Positions 40,100 through 51,973 of a DNA stretch of 64,000 bases are shown here, one piece after another; within the stretch, counting starts at the first letter, position 1; each line of letters begins with the position of its first letter. Source of the DNA: Camelus ferus (lineage: Eukaryota); the NCBI RefSeq assembly GCF_009834535.1, contig NC_045707.1, positions 63,118,001-63,182,000 of the forward strand, given 5' to 3'. A program made the position numbers and the translations under genes. The notes under the pieces were generated by a model, which was not told where the DNA came from, made no database searches, and saw only the letters and a list, made by a program, of their open reading frames with translations.

Positions 40100-40350
40100 T
40101 AAAGAAAGCATCCTGGTAGGGCAGAAAGAACATGAGTCAGAAACAGTGCAATGTGAGTCTGAGCTCTGACACCTCCAAGCCTGAGAAACCATTACACTCT
40201 TTGGGTCTCTGTTTACTCCTATGTAAACTGAAGATAATGGTATCTGCCTCACAGGGATGGGAGATTTACTGAGGTAATTATGCGAATGTCTAGTGGTATA
40301 CTAAACTCTCACAGAACAATTGATACTATTTTTCCCACTACTAGTATTAT
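40100..40350 (+). mobile_element. MIR SINE
   Basis: gagtcagaaac...ctctttgggtctctgtttactcctatgtaaactgaagataatggtatctgcctcacaggg. Confidence 0.75.
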
Positions 40351-40904
40351 TGCCATTGCATATCCGACCTAAAGCCTGTTGTCCAACTGTTTTACAGAAG
40401 TGACCACAAATGCTAATCAACATACATCATATACCAGTAAAGGATGCACGAAGCTGTCAGAGAGGACAAAGTAGTAATCAGACACATTCATGTGACCACA
40501 TGTAAGTAGCAGACTGTGAACAGAGAAAGCAAAGGCTAGAAGGAAGGATCTGCTTAGAAGCATAAGAGCTGGAAAAACTTGCAGAACAGGAGGCTGATTG
40601 TGCCTGAGGCAGGGGAGGGCAGAGACCGCAGGAAAAGGGCTGAGTTGACAGGAACGGGGTCCCAGGTGGTCCAGGGCTGAGGGGTCAGGCCACGTGTGAC
40701 AGAACCCATTAGAAAACGGAATGACTGGGCAACACAACCTTCCTTCCCCCTCTAGAATTCATATGGAATTATATCTGAAATGGTTTCATCCTGTTTCAAG
40801 TGCCAAATCTTTTTCCTAATTCCTATAAACAGATGGGATCTTTCCCTCTGAAACACCATAATGATTTGCTTGTGTTGCTTTTCTAACATTTACTCTCATG
40901 TAGC

Positions 40905-41790
40905 TCAGCAGACACTTATTGAGTGCCTACTGTATGCAGGCAGCATCTTGAGTACTGGAAGACCATGAAAGACACTTACATAGATCCCTCTGTTTAGAAG
41001 ACAGATCATACAGTAAACACAACACTGAATAAACTGTCTTATACATTTGAAGGTGATCAGTACGATGGAACTAAACAGTATGTGGGTCAGAATAAGAAAA
41101 ATGAGTGAAGAAAGAAGTGAGGGTGGCAGCTGGTTTTTTAAATCAACAGCCTCTTTGAGAAGGTGGCATTTAGACAAAAGTTTCAAGGAGAACGTGTTAG
41201 AACTAAAATGATGTCCAGAATAACATCATTCCCTACATCAAAGGTCCTAGTGTGGGAGGGAGTTTGGCTGGATTTCAAGGAAAGCAGATGGGTTGGTGGG
41301 GCAGGATTACCATGAATCAGAGGACAATGATAAGAAGTGGTCAAGTCAGAGGGATAAGATAGAGAATAAGGGTCAGGGATCTGTGGGGGGCTTCGGGGAT
41401 AGCAGGGTGAGTGGAGGTCAGGTAGGGCCTCATGGGTCACTCTAAATACTTTGTCTTTTATTCTCATTTTGGTGGGGGTCATTGTAGGGTTTCCAGCAAA
41501 GAACTGGCACTATCTGGCTTAGGTTTTTAAAAAAAGATCACTTCGAGTGCTTGGTTCTAAATAGACCATGGGGTTGCAGGATTAGAGGCAGAGAGAGCGT
41601 TTAAGAAACTATTGTGCCAATATGGTGGTGATTCAGACCAATATGGCAGCAGGAATGGTGGGGAGAAGAGGGCAAATTCTGGGCCAATTTTACAGCAGAC
41701 ACAACAGATTTTCTGGGAAATAGGATGAGAAAAAGGGAGAATTAAAGATGGCCTGAGGATGTGGCGTTCCCATCCACTGAGATGACTCAT
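40905..41790 (-). mobile_element. L2 LINE
   Basis: cagacacttattgagtgcctactgtatgcaggcagc...aagatcacttcgagtgct...aaagatggcctgagga. Confidence 0.85.
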
Positions 41791-41829
41791 ATCATAACTT
41801 GCCTTGAAGTATATTTATCTGTGAAAAGT

Positions 41830-42062
41830 TTTCTATACCAGAGCCTAGAATTTGGAGTTAGATCTGACTTCAAATCCTGCTTGTTTACTTGCTAGATGTC
41901 TGACCCCGTGGAAATCACTTAGCTTCTAAAGTCTTAGTTTTCTCTTCAGTAAAATGGGTTAAAAAGGCCAACAGTCCAGGTTTTCTGTATGGGGTAAGTG
42001 AGATGAGACATGCAAAGCATTTCACAAAATAACGTCATACGTAGCAAATGCTTGTTAAATGA
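41830..42062 (+). mobile_element. MIR SINE
   Basis: ttggagttagatctgacttcaaatcctgc...aaatcacttagcttc...cagtaaaatggg...catgcaaagcattt. Confidence 0.8.
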
Positions 42063-42399
42063 GAGATGTGCTCTACTCTTATTCTTAGCACACTTACTGC
42101 TTTCATTTCACATGTTCTATGTCTACTACTGGGTTACATTCTTGAAAGAAGGCACCATCCTATTATTATTTTTTTTTCTACAGAAGTAACCTGTACTGTA
42201 TATAGAGTTAGTATGTGTTTTCTCGCTGCAGTAATCATGGTCTGGCTGATAGGAGGCTGTGGATGGGGAACCGGGTATCAGAAGGGACGAAAGATGCAAA
42301 ATGCCTTTTCCTATTCACATCTGAAGACGGTAAAAATTGTATATATTTTCCTCTTTAGCCCTACAAGGATTTTAAACTTTAAGTCTGGAATGTGTTGGT

Positions 42400-42720
42400 A
42401 GAATAATGCAAGTTGAATTTCCACCCCTTTCTTCTGCATTTGTATTCACCATGACCCCTTTTGGGTTTTTCTCTGTTTGCCAATTCTTTCCTTTTACTCT
42501 ATGTAATTTCATTTGGTCTCTAAAGTATGTCAACCTTGATATAAGAATTGCTGAAAATTGTTCTTGTTTTAAAAGAAGCCTCTTTAAATTTGCTTAAGTC
42601 ATTGTGAAATCTGTTCGTCTCTCCCAAGCTTGGAGCAATCCTCTCCGACTTGACACCATATGTAAATTTAATGAGCATTCACTCACTTTCTACATCCAGG
42701 TCATTGGGTCATTGATTCTT
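42400..42720 (-). mobile_element. L3/CR1 RT-region fragment
   Basis: tgacaccatatgtaaatttaatgagcatt...tacatccaggtcattg resembles reverse-complemented CR1 RT (NDLD...KFADD region). Confidence 0.5.
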
Positions 42721-43914
42721 ATTTCCCTTTGTGCTTTTAGAGTAAAGAGACCATCTCAATCCATCTTCTCCAGTCCTGCTATCTATGGACAGTATTTTTC
42801 TATTTCCATTGCACTTTTCGGATAAAAGCATCCTCATTTTCAATCTACTTTTAAAATGGGAAATATTTTATTTCACAAGATGTAACTCTCTCTCTCTCTC
42901 TGTCTCTCTCTCTTAAAAAAACTAGTTCTCACTTTTTCTCTTCCCATTCTAAAAATACATATGTAATTTTAGGAGTTTTCTTTTTTCTTTTAATAATGGC
43001 CTTGAAACTATCCATATTGAACATGACTCAGTATTTCATCAAAATCACTCAGTTCTTGAATGCAGAGCCACAGAAATTAGTATCTGGTTTGCTGGTTCCT
43101 AACGTGTATAATCTTCTCTACCCCTACAACACAGTTCTATATAAAAAGTTATTTAAAGTGTAATAAAATTACTATGTGGGAAGAGTAACAAAAAACAGAA
43201 GTGAGAATAATTAGAATAATTATTAAGGGAATAATTATGAGAGATGATCAGATAGTGAAGCACTGGTGCAATGAGAGGTTGACTGTTGCCAGAGGTTAAT
43301 GTAGCCTAGTAATGGGGATCTTCAGGGAGAAAAGCCCAGAAGGCAAGGAGCTTTCATTAAGCACTACAGACTCTAATTTTTTTTTAAGTGCTACATGGTA
43401 AAACTCTAGTTTCTATCTTCTAGTTCCTAAAACAACCTTTTCTGAAATGTCCTTATCTGTTGCATTATTTCCATCTCTACCATACCTACAAGAATATTTT
43501 TTCTAGAAAACTATTTATTTATGTTACTCCTCCAACTGAAACTCTTCATTGGTTCCTCTTGGCCTGCTGGATAAAGTTCATGCTTCTTATTTTCATCTAA
43601 GAGGTCTTCCAAGTTCTTCCCAGCTCATCTCCCCAGCCTGTCTACTACCCCGAACCCTTTCTATTCTACAACCATGTCAAACTCCATGATGTGCCACTCA
43701 TTCATCACTGTGTCCCTTTTCTGGGCCAGTTCTACAGAATGATCCTTGTTTTGCACTTTGGTCACTCCCTTTCCCCTTACCCCAAGACTGTATGCATCCT
43801 ATACATATTTCTATCATAACTCCTAAGATTCTGAGGTTGGCATCCTTTACTTTTACCTAGCCATCACTTTCTTTTGGAAATCCTACTTCAAGTGAACCCA
43901 GGGGACCTACCAAT

Positions 43915-44381
43915 TATGTGACCTGTCTCTCCCACCAGAGGATGAGCTCACGACCCAGGCCAGCCAGTCAGTGTCCACAGGAACTGTCCATCCCATGGAC
44001 AGAGGGCCAGGGTTGCTCTATTACCAAATCAGAATAAATCATAGCTTTGGGGAGAAATAGGTAGAGATTCTGTTGTGAGGGAGGCAGTTCACTCTTTCTC
44101 TGAGTTCATTAGGATCACAGGCTTGAGGACTCACTAGCCTACATTTGCTTGGGGCCACCTATCTAAGAATCATCTAGAAATTAAGTCAGAGGCAAAGAGC
44201 CAAGAAGCTGATGAAAGGTAGATTTCTGATGACATTGTTAAAAATCTGGATTCGACCATTCCTCAACATAACACTACATCTCAGACTTACCAGTTATTCA
44301 GCCAACAAATTCCTTTTTATTGCTTAAGATGGCTTGAGTTCACTTTCTACATGTAAAATGGAAAAATTGCTGTTAATACTC
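43915..44381 (+). mobile_element. MaLR (MLT1-type) LTR inserted in an L2
   Basis: tgatgacattgtt...ctggattcgacc...agacttaccagttattcagccaacaaattcctttttattgcttaag...taatac. L2-like sequence flanks both sides (about 43440-43880 and 44390-44510). Confidence 0.65.
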
Positions 44382-44539
44382 AAATGTTACTGCACTAACT
44401 TATCTATATGCTGTTTCTCCTTTGTGTCTTACTGGTTGTTAGGTTCCCAAGCACTCGGCACACGGTGCCTGGAACATGAGTTGGGGCTTACACATGATTT
44501 TGGAATGAATGCTCCAGCCAAGATTATTGATCAAACATG

Positions 44540-44745
44540 ACAGTGGTTAAGAACGCTGGCCCTGGAACCTGATTTCCTGGGAAACATATTCTTGGATTGA
44601 CCATGATTCAGTGTCCTAATCTTTAAAATGAGGACCATGAAAATAACAACCCCAAGAGGGGATTATGACAATGAAATTAATGAATGTATAGAGCCTCACA
44701 CAGTGCCTAGCACAGAGTAAGCATTCAATAAATGTTAAGAGTTGA
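44540..44745 (+). mobile_element. MIR SINE
   Basis: cagtggttaagaacgctggccctggaacc...cacagtgcctagcacagagtaagcattcaataaatgtta. Confidence 0.85.
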
Positions 44746-45129
44746 TATAATTTAGGGCCGTACAATGACCTCCATCACTGGTCACACATCCCAGAACGAC
44801 ATGGTTTACCCATTCCATCCACAAAGTTAAATCAATGATTGCATATTACCCACATACTACCGTACTGATAGGAAGAGCCTGAGAGAAGCCAAATTGGACA
44901 ACTGAAACTGAAACATGAACTGCACATAAAGGCCTGAGATTATCAAAATGAAGCCCCTGAGATTACAGCCAAATTGCTTTGATCTTTTTGTTTCCACATT
45001 CACATTGAAGATTATTTTTCAGATATGCCAGCAGGTACCTTGGCCATTATTTTTCACTACATTTTTAGAAGTTTGATTTTGGCACCATGTGGGTGAACCC
45101 AAACAATGAGGGCCCATCAGGAAAGCATG

Positions 45130-47673
45130 ATAAACAGGCAGACAGAAAATCAATAAGGATACAGAAGACTTGAACAATTCTATCAACCAACTTGAGCTAA
45201 TTGGCATTTATAAAACACTCCAGCCAACAGTGGAATACACATTCTTTTGAAGTGCCTATGGTATATTTACCAACAGAGACTAAATTCTGTGCCATGAAAT
45301 AAGCCTCAAAAATCCTAAGAAGATGCAAGTCATAAGAATTATATTCCACTGACCACAATAGAATTAAATAAGAAAGGAATAACAGAAAATTTTCTAGAAA
45401 ATCTTCAAATATTTATAAACTACATAACACACTTTGAATAATCCATAGATCAATTAATAAATAAAATGGGAAATCAGTAGTTTTAAAGTGAATGAAGATG
45501 AAACCTCTATAAATCTAAAACTAACAATGAATATATATATGTTCATGTATAACTGAAAAATTGTGCTCTACATCGGAATTTGACACAACATTGTAAAATG
45601 ATTATAAATCAATAAAAATGTTTAAAAAAATCTAAAAGTAAAACATGCCCTAGGCAGTATACTTTGGAGGAAATTTATAGAATAAATGCCTGAATTAGAA
45701 CAGATAAAAGTTTTCCAATTAACGACTTCAGCTTGCACTTTAAGAAAGTAGAAAAAAAGAACCAGCTAAATCCAAAATATACAGAAAAAGGAAATAATAA
45801 AGATTAGGGAGGAAATCTAAAAAACAGAAAGTCAGAGCAAAATCAATTAAACTAAAAGCTAATTTTTGAGACTAAAATGAATAAACTTCTAGCTAGCCTA
45901 ACCAAGAGAAAAGGGATAGACAAAAATGAACAATATCTGGAATTAAAGAAGTGATGTTATTAGAGATTGTATGATTACTAAAGAATGGTATGAATATAAC
46001 ATGTACAATGCCAGTAAATTAAACTTCTCAGTTAAAATGAGCCAAAACTATGAAAGCTCACTCAAGAAGACATAAACAATGAGAAAAACTCATTATATAT
46101 TAATTAAATTAAATTATTAGTTAAATATCTTCCCACGAAGGAAATTCTAGGCCCAGGTTGCTGTACTGGTAAATTCTATCAAATATTTAACAACAACAAA
46201 AAAATACATTCTACACAAATTATCCCAGAAAATGGAAAAGGAGGGAATAGATTCCATTCTATGAGGTTAGCTTTATAGTGGTAACAAAACTCAACAAAGA
46301 TATTACCAGAACAGAAAATTATAGAACAATATTCTTCATGAACATACATGCAAAATTTCTAAACTTTTTTAAAGTAAATTGAATCCAATAATGCATGAAA
46401 AATACATTATGACCAAATGATACTCTGTCCCAGGAATGTAAAGATAGCATAGCATTCAACAATCTATCAATATAATTCACCATATTAACAAACTAAATAA
46501 AAAACAAAAACAAAAAACATGATCATCTTGATAGATTGGGGAAGAGTATTTGATGAAATCAGTACCCATTTTGGATGGATACTCTCAGCAATGTGGAATA
46601 CAAGCTCTTCATCCTGATAAAGAGTATTTATAAAAATTTAAAAACAATATCCTACCTAACGATGAAAGACAATGAAAAAATAACCACAATATTCCAATTA
46701 AAAGTGGGCAAAGGACACGAAAAGACATTTTTCTAAGAAGACATACAAATGGCAAAAAAAGTTATTTGAAAAAAATGTACATCAGCAATCATCAAGAAAA
46801 TGCAAATCAAAGCCACAAGGAGGTTATCACTTCATACCTGTTATGATAGCTGTTATCAAAAAGGCAAGCGACAACAAATGCTAGGGAGGATGTGAAGAAA
46901 AGAGAACGCTTCTGCAGGGTTAATGGGAATGTAAATTGGTACAGCCACTGAAGACAATATGGAAGTTCCTCAAGATACTAAACACAGGACTACCATATGA
47001 TCTAGCAATCCCTTCCTGTATGTCCAAAGGAATTTAAATCAGTATCTCAAGGAGATGTCCACACACCCATGTTTCTTTCAGCATGTCTTCACAATAACAA
47101 AGACATAAAAGAAAATCTAAATGTCTCTCAACAGAGGAATGGACTACGAAAATGTGATAAATAACTGAATATTATTCAGCTATAAAAAAAAAAAAAAAAG
47201 AAGGAAATCCTACCATTTGTAACACCACGGATCAACGTGGAGGTCATTATGCTAAGTAAAATACAGATACTACACGGTATCACTTACATGTAAAATCTAA
47301 AAAAAAAAAAAAAGCCAATTTCATAGAAACAGAGAATAGAGTGACGGCTGCCAAAGGCCAAGGGAGGAGGGAAATGGGGTGAAACAGGTCAAAGGGTACA
47401 CATTTTCAGTTATAGGAAGAAGCACTTCTGATGATCTAATGTACAGCGTGGTGACTACGGTTAATAACACAGTATTGCATTCTTGAAATTTGCTGAGAGT
47501 AGATCTTAGGCATTCTCACCACCCCAAAAGTTAACTATGTGAGATGATAGATGTGTTAATTATCTTGATTTTGGCAATCATTCCACAACGCATACATATA
47601 TCCACTCACCACATTGTACACTTTAAATGTATACAATTATATTTGTCAATTATTCCTCAATAAAGTTAAAAAA
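45130..47673 (+). mobile_element. L1 LINE (degenerate ORF2 plus L1MA-type 3'UTR), antisense to TRHDE
   Basis: Starts in the endonuclease region (gacagaaaatcaataaggatacagaagacttgaacaa) and passes the RT N-terminus (ttctatgaggttagc). Near 46670 it jumps to the ORF2 C-terminus, and it ends ...tattcctcaataaagttaaaaaa. Many stops. Confidence 0.92.
45525..45627 (+). mobile_element. Young L1 3' end nested inside the older L1
   Basis: tgtataactgaaaaattgtgctctacatcggaatttgacacaacattgtaaaatgattataaatcaataaaa flanked by TSD aaatctaaaa(c/g)taa at 45511-45524 and 45628-45641. Confidence 0.8.
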
Positions 47674-48984
47674 GATACGTGGCTGGAGACAAAGAAGCCA
47701 ATGCCCTTTGTGATGATGGTCTTGAGCATCACGGCACAGTTGGCTACTGTATCACATTTGTAAACTAGTAAAGCTTTGCACCAAAATGTAGAAAGGGTAC
47801 AATAATAACCATTGTACGTTCCTTTTTTCCTCTTGTTTTGATTCTTAACCTTCTTGAATAAATTCAAAATTACTCATAGATATGAAATCTGGAAAAAATG
47901 TTAATATATGTGTAAAAGTACATCTAAAACATGCTTAATCAAGATAACATTTTCCTGATATTATTTATAAAGGAGTAAAATTGGCATTTACCAATAGTCT
48001 TTTAGAATTAGTAGTAGGTGGGAAGTAAATACAGACTTGTCTCCAAACTCATCTCAGGCTAATATAATAAATTATTTTCTGCATTATATTTTAAGTGTCA
48101 ATACAGTTGAATGAACTGAATGTGCATCCAGTAAAATCTAGCCAAAAATCCCTCATATATAAACATTTATATTTAAGCAATTATTTAATATTTAAAATAT
48201 ATTAATACCACATATTTTAAATATGGTCCTATACTTCCTCTTACTTTATAAAACATCAAAAATACCCTTTTTGAGCCAATGCAATGATCAGTGACTTGAG
48301 AAGATATTTTCTAACACAATTTATACTTTTACATATTAGAGCATGCAGTATTAACCAATAATCATTGAGACAGTCATATCCTGGGGACAAAACCAAATAT
48401 CCAAATTACTGCACCAAAGAATTCTGATGAATCATTATTTGACCTCTAGTCATAAACCTGAATGCCCTGTTTTTTTCAGGGAAAATCTTAGCAACTTTTT
48501 AAAAAAAAACTTACAGTATTATTAAGTCAATAAAGTATGTAGAAATCCCAGTAAGTGCAATTCAATCTACACCAAAGACAACGTCGATTTTTAACACTAT
48601 TTTAACAATGATTAAGTGACTCCTAAGTCTTAAGTGCTGAGATGTACATGCTCATGTTAAAAATCAGAACAACCTAGGGATAGAGATATAAGGAAAAATT
48701 CTAATCCAAGTAACAAGGAAAAAACAAATTCGTAACTGCCCTGATTTCTACATCTAGGCATTGATCCAGAATCTTTGCCATTCAAAGTCTAGTCTTTAAA
48801 TTTTCATTTATTATGCTTATTATCCAAGAAACACGCTTAATTCCCTAAATCTCCCTTAAATAATGTTTATAAAATACATATGTCATATCACTGTCTACAC
48901 CTATTTGCATCAGCCTATCAAAATAAGTATTTAAGGGGCATTGGTGGAAAATAATTTGTCACTATATAGGTCAGCTCTCCTATT

Positions 48985-49197
48985 AATAATAATAAAAACT
49001 AACATTTACATAATACCATTTGTACAGCAGTTTCATATCAAGTCTCCAAACGTTTATTCATTAATACTGCCAATATTTCTTTGCATTATTTGGCAAATAT
49101 TCACATCTCCACTTTACTGATTTACAAAGCAAAGCCCTAACTCATAAAATGATTTGAACCTAGTGACTTTATGTTTTCTAACTCATTCCATTTCTAT
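48985..49197 (-). mobile_element. Degenerate MIR, sense to TRHDE, just downstream of the 138-nt exon
   Basis: Minus strand reads ...cactaggttcaaatc...cagtaaagtggagatg...gtaaatgttagtttttattattatt. Confidence 0.5.
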
Positions 49198-49302
49198 CTG
49201 TGAGGGAGAAGAGAAAAACACAATACATCTAGTATGAAATAGTTTGGTTACCCCAAGGTAGTGAAATATCCAATGGGCACTCGGGTCTTAATTTATTCCC
49301 AC

Positions 49303-49440
49303 CTTCTTATATGCGATCCAGTCAAACACCCTGTCAATATCTGTTGCCCGTATCACTTCCTGTGATACTGGATGGGAACTGGCCAAGCCGTCAAGCAGCA
49401 TCACTTCGTGCAGAACATCCGTCAGAAACCTCTGTTTTTC
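49303..49440 (-). CDS. TRHDE: TRHDE internal coding exon (138 nt, phase 0-0)
   Basis: Minus strand reads ...tactgtattgcag|GAAAAACAG...TATAAGAAG|gtggga. The 46 codons EKQRFLTDVLHEVMLLDGLASSHPVSQEVIRATDIDRVFDWIAYKK match recalled mammalian TRHDE and the M1 aminopeptidase SSHP...FD.IAYxK segment C-terminal to the HEXXH(X18)E motif. Confidence 0.96.
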
Positions 49441-51810
49441 CTGCAATACAGTAAGTAGATGGGGCAACATCATAAGTGATTCACGGTTATGACAGAATGT
49501 TTGTGACAACATGAACAGAATGTGTGTGACTTCACTGATGACGCTCATTAGCCCGCGTGGCGAGACTTACCTCTAAAGAGAACCCAGGAAATAAAACGCC
49601 CCTTAAGTGACTTTAAAATGAAAGTGCTTGATTTGAGCACAGGAAACAAAATCAATGCGCTCCGATAGTCCCTAAGGTCAAACCGAATTTGAAGAGTGAG
49701 CACATAAATGGAATTGACTAAGCTGGCTTATATATTCTGCAGGTTCAGGACTAAAATTCCAGTCCCAAATAACCTTTTTTTTTTTTTTTTTTTAGTTTAG
49801 TTCAATATAAGAATAAAAACTAATTTCTAGTGCTGTTTGTTATTTCTAGTTTCATTGAACTCCTCTCTTTCCCTATTCCTCCCTCCTCTCTCTGCCTCTC
49901 TTATTTTCTCTCTAATACACACACACACACACACATTTATGTTCTCAAAGAATTTCAAGAGACCACAATGAATGATAAAAGGCATTATTGACATCAAACT
50001 ACAATATCCGTGGATGTGGATGTGATATGTGAATTCAGAAAGTGGAGAGCAATAGAAATTAACAACCCATTCCTAGAAAGTAAAAACAGACAAAATCATG
50101 ACCACTAGTCTATGCATTGTTCAGACATTAGTATTTGCTCTAATAAAAGCTGACTTGTTATGTTAGAAATAAGCTAAAGCAAAAGTACTTCTGTGTTGTT
50201 TTTGTTTTAAGACTCCTGCTTTAAAGAAACAGCCAGGGTTTTGTTAACAAAAATGCTGGCAGCTGTCAGTCCTCCTGGCCTCCTGCCTTTGCAGAGGGAG
50301 GAGGAGAGAAAAAAGAAGTTGCAGGAGATGACAAGGGCTAAACAGCCCCTAGACAGCTGGGACCTGAGTAGCATCATTACAGAGATTAAAGACTGCAACG
50401 CTCAAATTGCTCTAACTAATTCTGAACTCACTCCTGGAGCCTCCTAGTTTGGGGCCAGCAGATAAGCAACGCGTTATTTCTGAGTGCACTGTAATTTCAA
50501 GCTGAGAGTACGCCAATCCTGGATTTTAAACATTGGAAATGGAGACTAAATATACTAAGAAGAAACGGTTGACAAGGCATATACATGTGTGTAATTTAAA
50601 TCTGGCTTTAAAGAAACATTTTTGTTCATCATCATTTGCTCAGTAATTTAGATTGTTTAATCAATAACTTAATTAATTAGCCATCCAGCTATATACTGTA
50701 AATTTCATTTTTAGTAGCTTATTTTTATAGTCTGTAGAATATATATCTAATTTCTTTGGACTTTTGGTCTAAGAATTTCACATCAACGGTCTATGCTCCG
50801 TCAAAGAGATCTCTGTTGCAGTGACTGAACCAAAAGTCACCCTATGTCCTGGAAGGATGCTCCCAGACCCTAAGAGGCTGCAGTAAAAAGTACAAAGTGA
50901 CAATGAATTAAGTGTCAAATAGTAATTAAACTAATACTGTATTTCTTCTCAAATCAAGTTCCTAATTCAAGATGAATTAAGGAGAGTGAAATTGGACCTT
51001 GCAATTTAAAAGATTTTTAATAATAAGACTGGTGTTTACATCACTCATTTTAAGTCCACTAAAAGGCAAAGGTAAGATCTCAAATAGCCTAGGTTTAGAG
51101 AATAAGAGAAAACCATATATTTCCAAAATAACATTTATAAACAGGTATGCAATCTTGTTACTTATTCAATTGTAAAGTGCACATTAAAGCTATTTGATAC
51201 TGGAAATAATGAGATTCCCCTTTGTTTTTTAATCATGAAATGTATAATTATTTTTTAATATTTTCATTAATAAAAAATACCAACTGAAGATGTGATGTCC
51301 ATTCTGAAGATTAAACAATATTCCGCTTTTCAAATAGCAGTTGCTCAATCCATATGTCACTCAAACATCTAACCAAAAATCACAATGTAAAATGAACTTG
51401 AAGTGAGACTTTATCTGAATCCTAACTACTAGTGTTTAGCAACAATAAATATCTATTGATCAGTATTAAAATTTAGTAAACATGGTTTGCTAGAGATGTG
51501 ATTTTTTTAAATGGTAGAAAGCAACTGGCTATGTAATTCTAAAAATAAAATCTAAGACAATGAATTTCAAAAATAAAACTTACCTGTTTAAGACAATGTA
51601 AGTTATACATGATATATTACTTCACGCTTCTGGAGAAAAATAGAAACAAAACTTTGCCTGGTCATAGGGGAATTTCAAAAGGCCATGTTTAAATTTAGCA
51701 GTATTAAGTCATTAGCTAGAGACTGATCTTCTACATTTTTTGAGAGAAGGACACTGTCTAATTGTCTAGTTAAGGGAAAAAGGGCATTAAAAGAAATAGA
51801 GAGGAGAACG

Positions 51811-51812
51811 GA

Positions 51813-51900
<88 letters not shown>

Positions 51901-51973
51901 GAGGGAGGGAGGGAGGGAGGGAGGGAGGGAGGGAGGGAGGAAGGGAGGGAGGAAGGGAGGGAGAAAGAAAAGA
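51811..51973. repeat. (GAAA)22 + (GGGA/GGAA)15 compound homopurine repeat
   Basis: GAAA array at 51811-51898; nine consecutive GGGA from 51903; all purine to 51973. Confidence 0.98.

Larger units (their letters stand above)
17987..49302 (-). other. TRHDE: TRHDE GT-AG intron, 31,316 nt
   Basis: Bounded by GT at 49302-49301 and AG at 17988-17987. No other TRHDE coding sequence was recognised inside it. Positions 1-17920 and 49441-64000 appear to be parts of the adjacent introns. Confidence 0.9.

Noticed and set aside
49441..49548. In-frame ATG-initiated N-terminal extension of the 138-nt exon
   Set aside because: Similarity to TRHDE begins exactly at the AG acceptor. The upstream 36 codons are intronic, with no promoter evidence.
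50212..50520. Plus-strand acceptor followed by a 68-aa ORF
   Set aside because: No convincing downstream donor or protein similarity. It may be a regulatory element, but the sequence alone does not support a call.
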